64,000 nt of DNA from Mizuhopecten yessoensis (lineage: Eukaryota), in NCBI RefSeq assembly GCF_002113885.1, contig NW_018405678.1, forward strand, positions 301,466-365,465. The letters are read 5' to 3'. The translations under genes were made by a program, and so were the position numbers. Numbering within the stretch: position 1 is the stretch's first letter; each line of letters opens with the position of its first letter. Under the pieces are notes generated by a model. The model ran no database searches, was not told where the DNA came from, and saw only the letters and a list, made by a program, of their open reading frames with translations. Shown piece after piece: positions 61,001 to 64,000 of the stretch.

Positions 61001-63777
61001 CCTTATTTCTTACCCATTTTTAATTAGATCATGTACTACTGTATAGCAGTTATATTTTGCGTTTTTGTTTTTTTTGCTACATTCACATTTCGACTTAATT
61101 CTGCAAATCTATGATGCATGAATTTCAAGTGTTGAATGAAGGAACACAGCAATTATGATATGATGCTTTGTTACTGGTCAAGTATTGTATAAAACAAACC
61201 AATAAAGCAAGCATTAGAGCATCTTCTTGAGATTTAATAGTGGTCTGGATACCTTAATTAATCTTGTTTAATTTGTTGGACATTGTTTTTAGATTTCAAA
61301 TTTGAAAAAGCGGCCTCTCTTAGTGAAAAAGACGAAATACAGCGTATTTTGAAGAAGAAGGAGCTACTAACATCAGAACTGGACAAAAGCCAGGCGAGGC
61401 TAATAGAACGAGGCAAAAAACTCTCGTCTTCAGAGGAAGAACTGGCCGAAGTAAAGATCACCAGTGACCAGCTCAAACTGGCCAATGACCATGCCATGAT
61501 GATTTTGGCCACACTTGTATATCAAGATCTAGCTCACAATTCCAGCCCTACTGATTCTCTCAGCAGGCTCAGCATCCTTACCTATTTTAAATTTTGTCTT
61601 AACAAATTCCAGATACAATACCCAGAGGCAGCAGATCATGTTGGAGATTTGCTGGATGCAAATGCTTTGGTGGTGCGAAAAACAGAGAGAGATCTTCATA
61701 AGAACTATGTAGAACGATTACAGATCCACCAATTAGCTTTAGAATACAGGTGTCAGACTGTGCAGCCCGTATACACCCTTAGTGACCATCTGTTCCAGCG
61801 ACCGTCTGAGGCTGTTCGCCGGCAGTTCATCAACACCAAAACTCAACAACAATTATTTCGGTCGTTTACTCATGCGCAAACTCCGGGTAATCAACATAAA
61901 ACCACCACCTCTAGGAAGAAACTTTTTGATAGAAGGACAGATAGACCAGGTAGGTTGAGATTCTATAGGTTCTTTCGACATATCATCATTTAAATGTATT
62001 TGCTTAACCCTTCCACCCCTATGTAACTTTAGTAGACTCTACCATGCATTGATATGGATGAGTCCATTATGATCTGCAGTGGTGAAAGGGTTGTGACCAA
62101 TAATGTGACCAATAATGTGACCAATATTAATCTGTATAAATAGGTTATTGAAAGAAATTGTCATGGTTCAACTTTGAAGCTGTATTCTTTTATGATATAT
62201 ATTTGAAAAGATTAGAAAAAAACCCAGAAACATGTAGATCTGTAGAGCACTAGTGCTTTCATTATATAAATAAAATATCAAGATACCGACGCTTTACAAT
62301 GCACACATATTTACATATATAGCTATACCTAGATACAAGTTATGACGTCACGAATAAAAGGGAAAATGGATATTATGACGTCGTAAAGAGAGGGAGATGA
62401 TTATCATTACCCGTAAAAGAGTCTAGGCCGGTATTCAATTTCAGGTTTCATGTCTTTATGAAATGGTTTTCTTTTTTCTTTCATTCAAAAGCATTTTCCA
62501 AAAATGATTTGTGCAATTGGAATATAGTAAATTTCTTTTTTTCCGCAAGTGTCTAAATGTCACTAAGTTTTATTTTTCTGTATCGCGTATGGTACATTGA
62601 TGTGTTTTTAATGTACATTGCACATTGGCTCCTAATGTGTTGCCAATTTCCGAAATGTGATTTTTTTTTACATCCTGAGCATGGTACATGTATGACATAA
62701 ATTAGGTTCGTTGAGTCACAAGACATGCTGGAGTTTATAACAAATTCCTTTTGTCCAAGCTTGTTCGCATTTGCCACATCGCATATCTCAATACTTTGAA
62801 ACTTTGTTTTCCAATTTCTCCTGAAAGTTTGATTGACATGAAATTCTTTTCAGGCTTTTTGGTTGATGTTTACTGTTAATAAATTTCTTGTTTTCCAACA
62901 CCCTCTTCATATGTTCACCTTCTATGAGTAACTGGTAGGTATAGCTATGTGTAATGCTGTTGAAGATTATATTACCGTAATACTTAGTTCATTTCCCATT
63001 GGGTTCTATGTTAATTCATCTTTTTCCGATAAATTTTCCAGACTTCATTTTTCGTCCTATTTGATGAAATTTTGCACACAGTCGGAAAATTATGCTGTGC
63101 TCCTTACAGTAATACAGATAAAATTACAGTTATCCATGTCATTGAGATATCAATTTTAAATGTCCGCATGAAAGTCGTTTCCACGTATCGACACAATTTG
63201 AAATTCTGCTATAGAAAACTGTTTTGGCCAATGAAATAATCCTGGTCAAAACTTTTAAGAAATTGAGTATCATTTAAAGACAACCATCTGGAGTTCTGGA
63301 TAATCTTTCTAGTTGTTTGTCAAATTTCATCAAAATTGGATGAAAAATGAAGTCAGGAAAAGTTATTGAAAAACGTAACTGATCATATAGAACCCAATGG
63401 GAATATATTGTAGCATGAAAGACTTAAGGCACATCTGTGAATTTATATGTAATCTCTACTGAAAACTAGGCAGATGTATGGATAATATATTAACTAATTA
63501 CAGAAAATTTTACAGTTCTTAGAGTAGACTTTTCAGAAGGTACAATACTTTCAAGATTATCTTATAAACTGATGTTTTTTCTTTGCAGTACCTTCCACGC
63601 ATCCGTACCACAGTGCTCTCAAGGAAATCTCCTTAAAACTCAAAGAAACTCAAAAGGAGAAACTCCTCGGCAACTTACGCTTTAATAAGGTTGAAGAATG
63701 TGAGGTTGCCAAGCAACCAGAGAAGTTCTTACAATTACTGTTTGAAAAAGAGCTGGGTGCGATACCAGCTGATCCTT
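55009..63777 (+). CDS. Death effector domain (DED)-containing protein with a TRADD-N-like alpha/beta domain, a coiled coil and a second DED-like region; 3' end lies beyond the window
   Basis: Exons: ..55009 (supplies the A of ATG), 57825-58124, 58686-58907, 60594-60878, 61293-61949, 63589-63777; all GT-AG, all phase 1. DED: WKLKVFLMNIARNIDEEDLDDMKFLMK-GECGMGKRALSEIKTVKQFFNHMMEIDFV..LLWHLGRKDL (RxDL motif). No caspase domain in the visible part. TRADD-N-like and second-DED calls are by eye only. Confidence 0.8.
55259..55413. mobile_element. 155-bp fully palindromic MITE, P-superfamily-like (CAC..GTG termini, 7-bp TSD)
   Basis: GTAAGTC|CACAGGTGTTTGAAATTCTGACTGTAAATTGAG...CTCAATTTACAGTCAGAATTTCAAACACCTGTG|ATAAGTC. 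Confidence 0.85.
55700..55903 (-). mobile_element. tRNA-derived element (A/B boxes) joined to a ~100-bp hairpin
   Basis: Minus strand TGTAGTGGAACTGGACTAGTTTGATCGCTGGGGACCAGGTAGCTCAATTGACAGAG..GGTTTGAATCC; hairpin at 55700-55802. Confidence 0.55.
55966..56920 (-). mobile_element. Degenerate HINE-like element
   Basis: Terminal GGTCACCGTGAGCCTTTCAAGGCCTCAGGTGACTCAAAAA hairpin preceded by a GACA/GACG tract; degenerate internal repeats. Confidence 0.45.
56970..57318. mobile_element. MITE
   Basis: Inverted ATATGTGTGTTTCAGGTA / TACCTGAAACACACATAT with GGCCAGAAAAAAA / TTTTCTTTTTGCC ends. Confidence 0.7.
57439..57690. repeat. Exact 128-bp-period tandem duplication
   Basis: AGTTTTAAAGATAAATAATTCAAGAGC... 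at 57439 and 57567. Confidence 0.9.
59130..60270 (+). mobile_element. Degenerate HINE-like element with an internal satellite
   Basis: GTCCGTTGTCTGTC head; repeated CTTCTTCTGAAG.ACCAAAAGGCC.AGAGTCATGATAT..GGCTGGTAGCTT units. Confidence 0.5.
60294..60375. mobile_element. 82-bp piggyBac-type mini-MITE with TTAA TSD (related copy at 62008-62090)
   Basis: TTAA|CTCAGTCACCCCTGAA...TTCAGGGGTGAAAGAG|TTAA; second copy TTAA|CCCTTCCACCCCT...GTGGTGAAAGGG. Confidence 0.7.
62280..63530 (-). mobile_element. Penelope-like element remnant (GIY-YIG region)
   Basis: Minus ORF 62553-62777, FVINSSMSCDSTNLIYVIHVPCSGCKK, resembles the PLE GIY-YIG 'C.s.NLIY...C..C' motif; boundaries approximate. Confidence 0.6.
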
Positions 63778-63894
63778 GTAAGTAATTTCTAGTATTTACC
63801 TGTCGTAAACACTGCTACAGGTATGATATACCTATAGTGCCCTTTGTTTCATTTGCCATATCTCACTCACTTACTTCTGAAATATTTCAGTGTC

Positions 63895-64000
63895 CTCTTT
63901 TCTGTTTTTTTTTCTTCTTCTCCTTCTTTTCCTTTTTCTTCTTCTTTTCCTTTTTCTTCTTCTTTTTCTTCTTCTTCTTCTTCTTCTTCTTCTTCTTCTT
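63895..64000. repeat. (CTT)n / pyrimidine-rich microsatellite
   Basis: Direct inspection. Confidence 0.95.

Overview
AT-rich, intron-rich eukaryotic DNA. The gene and repeat families (HINE/Helentron elements carrying satellite arrays, a CORE-type SINE, coiled-coil 'short-chain collagen C4-like' genes) point to a bivalve mollusc, probably an oyster (inference). (1) Bases 1-32.5k are a three-unit tandem segmental duplication, A-B-A'. Each unit has a 3-exon gene for a secreted protein: signal peptide, heptad coiled-coil neck, and a 10-Cys collagen-IV-NC1/spongin C4-like domain with no Gly-X-Y tract. Copies 1 and 2 are intact; copy 3 has a nonsense codon and a frameshift. Neck length differs in exact 14-aa steps, and the duplication breakpoint falls inside a Kolobok-like element. 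(2) Bases 34.7-51.6k, minus strand: a complete 14-coding-exon TYW1 gene (723 aa; TM + flavodoxin + radical SAM). At least six of its splice junctions have been copied into the adjacent intron as minisatellites or echoes. (3) Bases 55-64k, plus strand: an incomplete gene encoding DED + TRADD-N-like domain + coiled coil + a second DED-like region. All its introns are phase 1, its start codon appears split by an intron, and IRF/ETS-IRF motifs lie near its first exon, divergent from TYW1. Many MITEs, SINEs and LINE/Penelope remnants are present, plus a probable P-element excision footprint. Four single-N joins (7683, 17748, 20479, 31331) warn of assembly or haplotig effects. All gene models were assembled by hand from GT-AG sites and reading-frame phase; no database searches were run.
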